DNA from: Fidelibacterota bacterium
Lineage (GTDB): Bacteria; Fidelibacterota; UBA2242
NCBI GenBank assembly: GCA_049975265.1
Contig: JBNGDF010000002.1
Coordinates: forward strand, 85,628-109,104
Direction of reading: 5' to 3'
Length of the DNA: 23,477 nucleotides
In this document: in pieces, positions 1-8,988 of the stretch
Layout of the letters: each line of letters begins with the position of its first letter
Numbering within the stretch: position 1 is the first letter of the stretch
The notes under the pieces: model-generated
The model's input: only the letters and a program-made list of their open reading frames with translations
What the model was told of the DNA's origin: nothing
Databases searched by the model: none
Made by a program: the position numbers and the translations under genes

Positions 1-16
1 AAGGGACTTAAAATCC
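1..16 (+). repeat. 16-bp direct repeat of the tRNA-Leu anticodon arm (copy of 81-96); may extend left of the window
   Basis: aagggacttaaaatcc at 1-16 is identical to 81-96, then diverges (gatc vs ctcg). No variable arm or T-arm follows. Confidence 0.85.
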
Positions 17-54
17 GATCATTGATTGAAATGCTATTTAACAGATTTTACCAA

Positions 55-139
55 GCCGAAGTGGCGGAAATGGTAGACGCAAGGGACTTAAAATCCCTCG
101 GTTCTTTGAACCGTGCCGGTTCGATTCCGGCCTTCGGCA
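55..139 (+). tRNA. tRNA-Leu (anticodon TAA), class II, CCA not encoded
   Basis: Acceptor stem gccgaag (55-61) / cttcggc (132-138), discriminator A139, D-loop tggtag, anticodon stem aggga/tccct with loop ctTAAaa (TAA 89-91), long variable arm ggttc-ttt-gaacc, T-arm gccgg-ttcgatt-ccggc. Confidence 0.97.
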
Positions 140-441
140 CTCTTTTTAAAATCAATTCCTATGGACAATACCGATTTGCCCCGCCTATGTCGGGATAAGT
201 CCTGCTGAATTCGGGAATTCCAGCCTTCGACACGAAAATATCCCCCTCGTAAACCGGCGGGGACGTTATTTTTATCTTTATTTCGCACCAAAATCGCAAA
301 GATTAGCAATTTTAGTCAGTTTAGATCTATTGAGAATTCTGAATCAGGGAACCAATATCAAGTAAAGCCTTATTATTCACCCGTATGACGTTATCAATTT
401 AAATGGATTGTCAACTTATTCAATAAATCTATGGCTATTGA

Positions 442-939
442 TTACTTCGATCTGAAGCGATATACATATCCCCAATATCCGCAAGGAACAACAACATCGT
501 CAGCAAGGTTGCCAATATCATCTTTCCAAGGGTGCGCAAGTCCTATTTCAATAAAGATTCCCCTATAATTAAGACTATATGCTAATCCTGTTGACCAATA
601 TTTGTACTCTGCACCCGGATCACTTCCCACAACTCTACTGGTTAAAAGATTGATGCTATGTTGAATCTTTTCTGAACGATACAACTCATAACCAATATTA
701 AAGTGGCATTCAAGATTGTCTTTTTTTAAATACATTCCATTAAAACGAAGTCCTACTCTGCCAAACCAGTAACCTACACTGGGATGAATCATAGAAAAAG
801 AGGTAGTCACCCCCAATTCCGGGTAAGAGGGGTAGTTCTTCTCTTGCGCTTTGATATCACTTGTCCAAATAATCAACGAAACCAATAAACCTGCCAATAC
901 AGTTATATTCATTTTTAATCGGCTATAATTATTATCCAA
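442..939 (-). CDS. Hypothetical exported protein, probable small outer-membrane beta-barrel
   Basis: 165-aa ORF with a TTG start preceded by GGAGGA. Hydrophobic signal-like segment ending IKA-Q, alternating Gly/aromatic strands, and a C-terminal YWGYVYRF beta-signal-like motif. Visibly AT-richer than its neighbours. Confidence 0.7.
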   Translation of the reverse strand: MDNNYSRLKMNITVLAGLLVSLIIWTSDIKAQEKNYPSYPELGVTTSFSMIHPSVGYWFGRVGLRFNGMYLKKDNLECHFNIGYELYRSEKIQHSINLLTSRVVGSDPGAEYKYWSTGLAYSLNYRGIFIEIGLAHPWKDDIGNLADDVVVPCGYWGYVYRFRSK

Positions 940-1184
940 AACAAATCCTCCTTCCCCTTGGCAAATGTATTATCATGAAAACAACATATTGTTTGATACA
1001 ATAAAAATCAAATTTTTGGATACCATTGTCATACTAAATATTTCTATCGAAGGGACATACGTGGTATAAATCCCTTTGCTCCCTTGAAAAGTACCGGTTT
1101 TGCCAAAGAAACTACCTTGCAGTATTCAGGGACACTATCCTATTCTAATCTTAAAAGGCAGAATTAATACTTAATCGGGTCCAA

Positions 1185-2723
1185 TTAGTGGAGTTCATTC
1201 CACATTGCCAGAAAAACTCCATTGGTCCAGCCAAATCCATCCTGGAGGGGATATTCACCTCCACCGCCCGGTCTGTGGATATTGATGACATCATATTTTT
1301 CATTCATTTTTCCAGTCGTAAAAAAGACCCGGGCACTTAGCGCAATCCAGCGCTGGGCTATCTCCCGTGCCAGAGAATCAAAGCCATAATTCTGACACGC
1401 TTTATATCCAATCCACTGCAGCGGTGCCCATCCGTTGGGATAATCCCATTGCTGACCGGTCGCCGTTGTTATCGTTGTTACCAGCCCGCCTGCGGCTAAA
1501 AATTTCTCCTCGATCGTCCTCCTGACATGCATCGCCTGAAGCGTATCCGCCATCTGAAAATAAAGCGGAAAAAGCCCTGCCAGTGTATACTGAGTCATTT
1601 GTCGGGATGTGTTAAAATTGTAGTCAAAAAAGTAGCCCTGCTCTTCATTCCAGCAATATTTCAAGATAAGCTTCCGACGCTGTTGAGCACGGTTTTCATA
1701 CCACCTTGCCTCAGCAAAATTACCCCGGATTCGAAGCGCCTTTGCAATTGTCATCTCCAGATGATAAAGCAGACAATTCAGATCCACAGGGATGATCTCT
1801 GTTGTCTGAATCGTCTCCAGAGAGCGCCCGTCGGCAAACCAGCGGGTGCTGAAATCCCAACCCGATTCCGCCGCTGCCCGGATATCCCGGAACAGACCCG
1901 AATCACGATCAGACCGTTGGAACAGCTCCACATCGTGTTTGAACGATTCAGGGCGGGGAGTTTGAAGAGCATCCCAATAACGGTTCAAAAGCTCCCCTGT
2001 CTCCAGAAATACAACCCGTTCGACTGCAGTCTGCCGTTCCTCTGCCGCCACTGCCCCATGCATCCAGAACTGATATTCGGCTATGAGAATATCCAAATAT
2101 TTTTCATACACCGAGTCACCTTTGACTGCACTCAAAAGATCAATCATTAACGCCAGAAAAGGCGGTTGCGAGCGGCTGAGATAGTAACAGCGATTACCAT
2201 TCGGAACAAAGCCGTATTCATTCACCAGACAGGCAAAGTTTTCAATCATATTTTCAATCAACATGAACTCTCCGGATTCCCGCAATCCGAGCATTGTAAA
2301 GTAGCTGTCCCAGTAATAAATCTCCCGAAAACGACCTCCCGGTACAATATACGGTTTGGGAAGCAGAATCAGCGACGAGTAAGGGCGAAATTCTGTTTCC
2401 GGTCGGCGCACCAGAAAATCCCAGAGATGTTCAATCTGCTTCAGAATCTGCACGGTATCCGTACAGTAAAGGGTCGTATCGTAATATTGCCCTACAAATC
2501 GGCGAAGGTCAAAATCAGGCTGATCCTTCTGCCGCCGATATATTGCAGAAATGCTATCGGGATCGAACAGGGGAATACAATCCACAAATTTTTTCTGGTC
2601 TGCAAAAACCCGGTTCATCTGGACTGCTTCGAAAAGGTCATCGGAAAGCGGCTCAGGTTTCTGGCAGCCTTCCATCAAGATCCCGAGTATAGCGGCTGCA
2701 AATATGGAAAATTTCGATCTCAT
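1185..2723 (-). CDS. Alpha,alpha-trehalase (GH37, TreA/TreF family), exported, possibly a lipoprotein
   Basis: Motifs PYIVPGGRFREIYYWDSYF, PNGNRxYYLSRSQPP, PRPES, AAESGWDFSTRW, QQWDYPNGWAP and GGGGEYPLQDGFGWTNG. Start moved to ATG 2723, which gives the signal peptide MRSKFSIFAAAILGILMEGC. Confidence 0.95.
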   Translation of the reverse strand: MRSKFSIFAAAILGILMEGCQKPEPLSDDLFEAVQMNRVFADQKKFVDCIPLFDPDSISAIYRRQKDQPDFDLRRFVGQYYDTTLYCTDTVQILKQIEHLWDFLVRRPETEFRPYSSLILLPKPYIVPGGRFREIYYWDSYFTMLGLRESGEFMLIENMIENFACLVNEYGFVPNGNRCYYLSRSQPPFLALMIDLLSAVKGDSVYEKYLDILIAEYQFWMHGAVAAEERQTAVERVVFLETGELLNRYWDALQTPRPESFKHDVELFQRSDRDSGLFRDIRAAAESGWDFSTRWFADGRSLETIQTTEIIPVDLNCLLYHLEMTIAKALRIRGNFAEARWYENRAQQRRKLILKYCWNEEQGYFFDYNFNTSRQMTQYTLAGLFPLYFQMADTLQAMHVRRTIEEKFLAAGGLVTTITTATGQQWDYPNGWAPLQWIGYKACQNYGFDSLAREIAQRWIALSARVFFTTGKMNEKYDVINIHRPGGGGEYPLQDGFGWTNGVFLAMWNELH

Positions 2724-2839
2724 CTGTGCTACCCACTTTTGTTCTTTGGAAAATAAAACGATTCGGTGAAAAATAAAAATCATGAAACAGGAAACCACTG
2801 AAACCCGCCTATAGTTCTATTTAGTACCCGAGAATAAAT

Positions 2840-2864
2840 AAAAAAAGCCGGTAAAAACCGGCTT
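2840..2864 (-). terminator. Intrinsic terminator after the DUF5916 gene
   Basis: Perfect 8-bp stem aagccggt (2845-2852) / accggctt (2857-2864) with a 4-nt loop, followed on the minus strand by a T-run (A-tract 2840-2846). Confidence 0.8.
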
Positions 2865-2886
2865 CTTACAGAAATAAAAAGAAAAC

Positions 2887-5559
2887 TTATACATTGAACA
2901 TGTGGCTGATCTTGATCATTAACACATTATCACCGTCGGTGGTGAAAAGATGACGGGAATCCCGGGGTACATTAAAAGATTTAAACTGCTCATAGTCGGT
3001 CAATCCCTGTGACCAGACCAGATAGAGCGCCGAACCGGTCTGATATTCCCAGCGCAGCACCAGATTGGACCGAAACTGCTTGTAATTGAAATCCACCTGC
3101 CCGGAAAAGGAATAATCCACGACACCATCCCGGTTATTATCTACTTCATATTCGCCGGTTTCGTCATTATAGGAAATTCGATCACCGAATTTTTCGAAAC
3201 GCTTGTCATAGTCCCGTGCATCCGGATCACTTACCTGCATTAAATCAAAATACTCACCCGCCGTGAAAAATGGCTGAGCATAATATTGAACGGTCAAATT
3301 CGGTGTCAGGGTCAGATCGGTTCTCAAGACCAGCCCGAGGGTTTTGCGATCCATGCTTGACCAGATATACTGAGTATCTCCGTTTTCGTCTTCCGCCTTC
3401 CCAATCCAGGACCATGTATCGCTCAGATGATCATAGGACATAGAACCGGATATCTGAATATTGTGTCTGGGGCGCCAGGTGATTTCGGGAGTTAATCCGC
3501 GACTGACGGCGTCACTGGCATCCTGGTAATAATAATACTGGACCTCGGCAACCAACTTTTTCCGGGCGTCACTGTCAATATAAACCCAATAATTCCAGTT
3601 CTTCGGCGTCTGCATCATCGGACCGCCCCGATTCATAGAGGTATTATATCCGCCCCAGTTACGATTGATTCCCATGCCGCTGCTCCAGCCATTATTGAAA
3701 TTGTAGTGCATATTGACATTACCACCGATATTTTTACGGATACCTTGAAATGTCCAGCTGGCCCATTGGTTGAAATTGATGTAGACCGACCGGAAATGCC
3801 GCATATTTTCCCATTTCCGATACTGGACCCAGTTGAAATAACTAATGTCATCCACCGCCCTCAGAAATCCCAGATCATTGATTTCAAACCCGGGACTAAA
3901 CGCCATTCCGCCGCTGGCGGCGCGAATATTTCCGGTATTTTTTGTCACAATGGCTTTCACGGCATAGCCGGACAGCGATGTGCGCAGAGGATCGTATTCC
4001 AGATTTCCATAATTGCCGCGATCGACCCGGTTAAGATAGCGTGAAGAGCTTGTCTGGGTTCGCCGCAACGCCGTCGTATCACCCTGAACCTGACTAAACG
4101 CCAGTGCCCCGATAAAACTGTACTTACGATCCAGAAATTCATGATCCAGGTCGAATCCACCGGTATAGGCGGCACGATGCAGATAGTCAATCCCCGTTTG
4201 ATCGAGTCTCCGGTTCACCGCCGTAAATATGCCCCCCAGACTGGTTTCGCCATCCTTGTAATCCTTCTGAACGCGGGAGAGCCAGTAATTGGTCGCCGGT
4301 TCGATAATGCCCGTTGTCCGGCTGCCGTCTTCGTAAAATACCCGACCGGTCACCTCCCCGGTCATTGCCTCCATGACACCCAGCGAAAGACCGTTGGCGG
4401 TTTTACCGGTCAGCTTTGCTGCACCGAGAATATTCACCCGCTCCGGGTAGTCGACGGTCAAAACACTTTTCGATTCATCTGTTGCCACTTCTCCCTGAGG
4501 ACTGCGTCCGATTCGCCGGGAGTAGAACAGGTTGTTGTATTGGGCGTCGCCGTCGCCGAACCCCAGGCTGAAGTTAAAAATATTCCCGCCTTCCAGAAAA
4601 AAGGGTCGGTTTTCACCAAAATAGGTCTCAAATTCCGTCAGATTAAAATCCGCCGGATCCGCTTCCACCTGCCCGAAATCGGGATTGATCGTGGTATTAA
4701 AGGTCAATCCGCAGCGCGTCGAGTAGCGGATGTCCGCACCGATATTTGAATTCAAATCATACTTATCCCCATGGACAGGATTTACAAGGTTTTCAGAGAT
4801 TGCCGCCGAACCGGCGATGTACGGCGCGATATAGACAGGATTTTTTACCCGGATATCTTTTAATCCGTTCAGCGAACCGTATTTCGAAACGAATCCCTCT
4901 TCTCCCTGGGACCAATAGGACCAGACCGCTAACTCATTATTATGGCGCGGCAGTTCCCGGTACATCTGAAAGCCCCACTTCATATTCTGGTTGCTTGTAA
5001 AACGCAGCTCCCGGAATGGTATCCGCCACTCGGCGGTCCACCCTTTTTCATCGATGTGCGAGTCGCCATCCCAGATTGCATCCCATTCGTAGTCATTATT
5101 GGTATCGTCAAAACGCCGCAGATCATGTTTCACACCGGCAGCATTCAGCCCAAATTCAAAAGCCGTCCGGTTATCATTATAGCTGTCAATGGAAACATAC
5201 ATCCAGTCGGATTCCGTATAGTTGTCCCGGCGGGTCAGCAGCGCAATGATCTTATCCGGTTCGGGATCATGAGCACGGGCGCCGACATACAAATATTCAT
5301 TATCGTACAGTACACAAAATTCCGTTCGGTAGGTCTCCGGAGAACCATCACTGGGGTCGCGCTGAATGAAACCCCGCTCCCAGTTCCCGTCCTGCCAAAC
5401 CGCTTCATCAAGGATACCGTCAATGGTCAATTTTTTACTATCAATATATACCGCCGTGGCTTCACGAAACCGGAAAAGGTCCAACTGGGCATGGGTCAGT
5501 TTTGCCGACAACAATACCGTCTGGAGAAAAGGCAGCGTTATTAACAATATTTTTTTCAT
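2887..5559 (-). CDS. CBM9-like (DOMON) domain plus DUF5916 protein, putative outer-membrane carbohydrate-associated protein
   Basis: Signal peptide; N-terminal IDGILDEAVW...YDNEYLYVG...GWTAEWRIPF (CBM9-like); DUF5916 hallmarks TINPDFGQVEAD, ENRPFFLEG, LFYSRRIG and NLVLRWEY..GS.LYLVW. Confidence 0.88.
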   Translation of the reverse strand: MKKILLITLPFLQTVLLSAKLTHAQLDLFRFREATAVYIDSKKLTIDGILDEAVWQDGNWERGFIQRDPSDGSPETYRTEFCVLYDNEYLYVGARAHDPEPDKIIALLTRRDNYTESDWMYVSIDSYNDNRTAFEFGLNAAGVKHDLRRFDDTNNDYEWDAIWDGDSHIDEKGWTAEWRIPFRELRFTSNQNMKWGFQMYRELPRHNNELAVWSYWSQGEEGFVSKYGSLNGLKDIRVKNPVYIAPYIAGSAAISENLVNPVHGDKYDLNSNIGADIRYSTRCGLTFNTTINPDFGQVEADPADFNLTEFETYFGENRPFFLEGGNIFNFSLGFGDGDAQYNNLFYSRRIGRSPQGEVATDESKSVLTVDYPERVNILGAAKLTGKTANGLSLGVMEAMTGEVTGRVFYEDGSRTTGIIEPATNYWLSRVQKDYKDGETSLGGIFTAVNRRLDQTGIDYLHRAAYTGGFDLDHEFLDRKYSFIGALAFSQVQGDTTALRRTQTSSSRYLNRVDRGNYGNLEYDPLRTSLSGYAVKAIVTKNTGNIRAASGGMAFSPGFEINDLGFLRAVDDISYFNWVQYRKWENMRHFRSVYINFNQWASWTFQGIRKNIGGNVNMHYNFNNGWSSGMGINRNWGGYNTSMNRGGPMMQTPKNWNYWVYIDSDARKKLVAEVQYYYYQDASDAVSRGLTPEITWRPRHNIQISGSMSYDHLSDTWSWIGKAEDENGDTQYIWSSMDRKTLGLVLRTDLTLTPNLTVQYYAQPFFTAGEYFDLMQVSDPDARDYDKRFEKFGDRISYNDETGEYEVDNNRDGVVDYSFSGQVDFNYKQFRSNLVLRWEYQTGSALYLVWSQGLTDYEQFKSFNVPRDSRHLFTTDGDNVLMIKISHMFNV

Positions 5560-5608
5560 TGGTTCTTACTCTCTACTCAGTTTCAATTGCCTGACTATCA
5601 TAGTTCTA

Positions 5609-5636
5609 TAGACGGTCCTCAATTTTAAAAAGTTGT
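5609..5636 (-). promoter_or_regulatory. Candidate ECF-sigma promoter for the DUF5916 gene
   Basis: Minus strand reads acAACtttttaaaattgaggacCGTCTA, i.e. AAC-N17-CGTC, about 50 bp upstream of the ATG. Confidence 0.5.
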
Positions 5637-5723
5637 CCGTTCAATAAAATCCCTTTATCAAATCCTTTTTTTTACTAAACTATAGTGAATTGAAAATGAA
5701 TTAAAAATTGAAGAAAACAGAGT

Positions 5724-6677
5724 ATGCAAAACGTAACCCTGGGAATCGATATCGGTGGAACCAATACAAAATTCGGCTTGGTAGACAAAGCAGGTCACAT
5801 TTTTTTCCAGGACCAGTTAGAAACCGGAGCTCACCGACCGGCGGAATTTCTCTTTGAACGCCTGTTCCGTCGACTGCGCAGCAGAATGCATAACTTACAG
5901 GAAGAAATCGCTATCAAAGGCGTCGGTATCGGCGCCCCCAATGCCAATCACTACACCGGTAAAATCGAAGACCCGCCGAATCTGAGCTGGAAGTCTGTCG
6001 ATCTGACCGCTCAGGTGCGAAAATACCTGGATACGCCGGTCAGCGTCACCAACGATGCCAACGCCGCCGCACTGGGTGAGATGGTCTACGGAAACGCCAA
6101 AGGAATGCGTAATTTCATCGAAATTACCCTCGGCACCGGAGTCGGCAGTGGAATTGTGGTAAACGGCGAGCTGGTTTACGGGCATGACGGTTTTGCCGGC
6201 GAAATGGGACACGTCATTGTCGAAAAAAACGGACGCAAATGCGGCTGCGGACGGTTGGGATGCCTGGAAGCCTATGCCTCGGCAACCGGCATTACCCGAA
6301 CCATGCAGGAGCTGCTCGACTCCTCAGGTAAAGCCAGTATCCTGCGCGATCTGCCGCCCAAAGACCTGACATCGAAACATATATTTGATGCCGCCACTAA
6401 AAACGATGAACTTGCTCTCGAAGCGTTTGAAATTACCGGACGATACCTCGGCGAGGAAATCGCCAATGCAGTGCTCTATTTCAGTCCCGAAGCGGTGATT
6501 CTTTTCGGCGGCTTAGCCGCTGCCGGCGAGCTTATTTTCAGACCCGTGAAAAAACATATGGAAGCCAATCTGCTGCCGATCTTTCAGAATAAGGTCAAAA
6601 TTCTACCTTCCGGATTGGCAACCAGTGAAGCGGCTATCCTGGGCGCCGCTGCCCTGATCTGGCACGAAATCGGTTAG
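5724..6677 (+). CDS. glk: ROK-family glucokinase / sugar kinase
   Basis: GIDIGGT ATP motif, NDANAAALGE, LGTGVGSG, GEMGH and the CGCGRLGCLEAYAS zinc motif. No N-terminal HTH, so a kinase rather than a repressor. Confidence 0.9.
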   Translation: MQNVTLGIDIGGTNTKFGLVDKAGHIFFQDQLETGAHRPAEFLFERLFRRLRSRMHNLQEEIAIKGVGIGAPNANHYTGKIEDPPNLSWKSVDLTAQVRKYLDTPVSVTNDANAAALGEMVYGNAKGMRNFIEITLGTGVGSGIVVNGELVYGHDGFAGEMGHVIVEKNGRKCGCGRLGCLEAYASATGITRTMQELLDSSGKASILRDLPPKDLTSKHIFDAATKNDELALEAFEITGRYLGEEIANAVLYFSPEAVILFGGLAAAGELIFRPVKKHMEANLLPIFQNKVKILPSGLATSEAAILGAAALIWHEIG

Positions 6678-6859
6678 TCCGGGTTTTTAAACCACAGAGA
6701 TCACAGAACAAAGAGAAAAAGAATTTTGTAAATTTTATTTTATTTATCTCTGCACCTGTCTTAAAAATAGAAATTTTACCCACCTACTACCAAATCTGTT
6801 CTTGCTTAATCCGGTCATATTTGTTTTATTACAATGGTTTGTGATACTGAAGAGAGAGC

Positions 6860-7498
6860 ATGGTGGACATTATCAATCAGAAGATCAGCGCCCTTTTTTC
6901 CAAACTGGTAGTACTCGTCGTCGGAACCTTCTTGTTCAGTATTCTCACTTATGGTGGCAATTTTTCTTTCTGGTATTCGGCTTTCAGTGATCTTGGCAGT
7001 ACTATCACCCCGGAAGGTGAAGCGAATCTATTCTCCTGCCTGATATTTGTCACCGGCATCCTGATTTGCGGTGTGGTATTGTTTCGCACTGGCAAGCTTT
7101 TCGATCAAGCCGGACAGATTTGGCATCACCGCACCAAATCCCGGTTGTGTCTGCTGGGCAGTACGGGGTGCTTTATCTTTATATTTCCGCATAATATCAA
7201 TAATGATATCCATATGATCGGCGCTGCAATGTTCGTCGCTGCGCTGTGGGCGCTTGGCACCCTGATCCTGATCGAATCGTACAATCAGACAAAAAAGGAA
7301 CAGGTTCTACTGCTGCAGGCGGTTTTGCAAATCACGGTACTGAGCTATGCTATCACCTACTTTGCCGACCTGCCCGTAAAAAATATTGCTCAAAAATTTG
7401 CGACATTCGGGCTGCTAATTGTCCTCAAGATCAGCACCTCCGCAAAAATCCGGACCGTCTTTGCCGGCTTTAGTCCTTCGTTTAATAAACAAAAATAA
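6860..7498 (+). CDS. Integral membrane protein (DUF998/Frag1-like)
   Basis: About 6 hydrophobic helices, an 'FSDLGS' motif after TM1 and a His before TM4 (DIHMIGA). The family call is by resemblance only. Confidence 0.65.
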   Translation: MVDIINQKISALFSKLVVLVVGTFLFSILTYGGNFSFWYSAFSDLGSTITPEGEANLFSCLIFVTGILICGVVLFRTGKLFDQAGQIWHHRTKSRLCLLGSTGCFIFIFPHNINNDIHMIGAAMFVAALWALGTLILIESYNQTKKEQVLLLQAVLQITVLSYAITYFADLPVKNIAQKFATFGLLIVLKISTSAKIRTVFAGFSPSFNKQK

Positions 7499-7528
7499 AA
7501 CGTCCCTTCTGGCATGGAAGGGACGATT
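7491..7528 (-). terminator. Intrinsic terminator between convergent genes
   Basis: 9-bp stem cgtcccttc (7501-7509) / gaagggacg (7517-7525). The minus strand continues ttttattttt. Confidence 0.8.
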
Positions 7529-7553
7529 GGAATTCAATGTCGGGTTTATCGGA

Positions 7554-7877
7554 TTAAACCATGGCGCTGCGCAGCTTCCGCTTCAGCGATTTAATCTGAC
7601 TGCGAACATGGACCAGTGTTGCGTGATCCCCCTTTTCCAGCGCTTCGTCCCGCTGCTGTTTCAACTCCTGAATTCTGTTTTTAAGTTTCCGTTTATTGAC
7701 ACCCACGACTTTATGATGCACGTGCATATCGATGTTCAGGGCTTTACAGATCGCCTCCAGCAGGTGCTCTTTGTTTAATTGCGTGTAGCCTTTGACCTCT
7801 TCACTCTCGATTTTCGATGCGATTTCCCGTAATTCGGCTACGGTCTTGTGCTTCAGATCATTGAACGTAAATTCCAT
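7554..7877 (-). CDS. Small basic protein with a Rho N-terminal-like helix-extension-helix domain and a C-terminal coiled coil
   Basis: LKHKTVAELREIASKIE...GYTQLNKEHLLEAI matches the Rho_N pattern. Strong AGGAGG RBS. No OB-fold or ATPase, so it is not Rho itself. Confidence 0.8.
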   Translation of the reverse strand: MEFTFNDLKHKTVAELREIASKIESEEVKGYTQLNKEHLLEAICKALNIDMHVHHKVVGVNKRKLKNRIQELKQQRDEALEKGDHATLVHVRSQIKSLKRKLRSAMV

Positions 7878-7916
7878 GTATTCCTCCTGATAAACTCACT
7901 CCTACAGTCAGTGGTA

Positions 7917-7946
7917 ATATAGGGTCAGCGACAGGTAAATATCAAG
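7917..7946 (-). promoter_or_regulatory. Candidate sigma70 promoter for the Rho_N-like gene
   Basis: Minus strand TTGATA-N18-TATATT, about 40 bp upstream of the ATG. Confidence 0.4.
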
Positions 7947-8044
7947 ATGGTTTTTGCGTAGGGTTGTAAATACTGCGTCAGCGCCCAGATTCTAATGTTA
8001 CATATTTCAAAACCTTCGATGCGGTATCAGTCAGCCCGGACCGG

Positions 8045-8869
8045 CTACCGCTGCAGATAATCCTGTTCAACAATGGCGTGAACTCTTGCCGTAAGGCGGC
8101 GATTTTGAGTCAGCCAATCCTCTGCAGCAGTCTCAAAAACCGGTGGGTGAATTGTCAGGACGGCATCAATCCGACGCAGTTTCAGCACACCCCAGAAATG
8201 ATCCGGGAAGGTCATGCCACCGTACCAGCAGACGCGGTCGCGATTAGCCACGGAGAAGGGTTCGTGGTTGATGTGCGTGTATCGCAGGGTAATCGGCAGG
8301 ATCGGGACCTCCGCCCGCGCCGGACAGGAGAAAACCGTCTTCTTAAAAGGTAGAACTCCGCCACCATTGGAGGTTTTTCCCTCAGGAAATATTAAAACGT
8401 TGAAACCTTGTCGCAGATAGTCGGTAATCTGTTTTACATAGGGTCGCTCCTTCGTACCGATAATTGAACGATCAACGAAAACCGAGCCCCGCACCCAGGC
8501 GATCGCCCCCAGCAGCGGCCAGTATTTGACATCGTGGCGGGAAACAAACAGTACCGGAAAACAGGCGGCATAAACCAGAATATCGAGATAACTCAGATGG
8601 TTGGAAACAATGCAATAGTTCTCTTTTTTTTGCAGATTATCAGAACCTACCAGATGGACATGAATCCCCAGAATCCTAATAAAAAGCCGTCCCCAAAAAG
8701 GTCCAAAGTAGGTGGACACCCTGCGACAGATTTTTGTACTGAAAGGATAAATCAATAACAGAATCAGACCGTCTGTCAGCAGTAAAAAAACCCCGAAAAC
8801 CAGGAATAGAAGCAATTTCAGAATGGCTTGAACCGTGTTGCAGATCGATTTCAGGTACACCTTTTCCAC
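8045..8869 (-). CDS. Lysophospholipid acyltransferase (PlsC/OlsA family)
   Basis: NHLSYLD (HX4D), FVDR, FPEGKTS and VPILP motifs, an N-terminal TM helix, and the WYGGMTF..H.W motif seen in OlsA-like members. Confidence 0.9.
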   Translation of the reverse strand: MEKVYLKSICNTVQAILKLLLFLVFGVFLLLTDGLILLLIYPFSTKICRRVSTYFGPFWGRLFIRILGIHVHLVGSDNLQKKENYCIVSNHLSYLDILVYAACFPVLFVSRHDVKYWPLLGAIAWVRGSVFVDRSIIGTKERPYVKQITDYLRQGFNVLIFPEGKTSNGGGVLPFKKTVFSCPARAEVPILPITLRYTHINHEPFSVANRDRVCWYGGMTFPDHFWGVLKLRRIDAVLTIHPPVFETAAEDWLTQNRRLTARVHAIVEQDYLQR

Positions 8870-8988
8870 CTTCTAAAAATAGTCAATTCCACAAAAATCT
8901 CAATATAAAAACCGTACGTAGAATCAACCGGTTTCTCATGGTCAATACAATCTTCACAAATGATCCACTAAAAAAATCAGGGTCTTAA

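Noticed and set aside
87..93. Possible group I intron in tRNA-Leu(UAA), as in cyanobacteria
   Set aside because: The anticodon loop is contiguous and the gene is uninterrupted.
236..276. Hairpin tcccc...gggga followed by a T-rich run as the tRNA terminator
   Set aside because: The stem is short and interrupted; plausible, but too weak to list as a feature.
88..309. 73-aa minus-strand ORF
   Set aside because: It overlaps the tRNA in antisense and has no coding signal.
1045..1110. Minus-strand ggcaaaacc...gggagcaaag resembling a c-di-GMP-I riboswitch
   Set aside because: There is no GNRA-capped P2 stem or receptor-bearing P3 that I can fold. An Infernal search with the c-di-GMP-I model would be needed.
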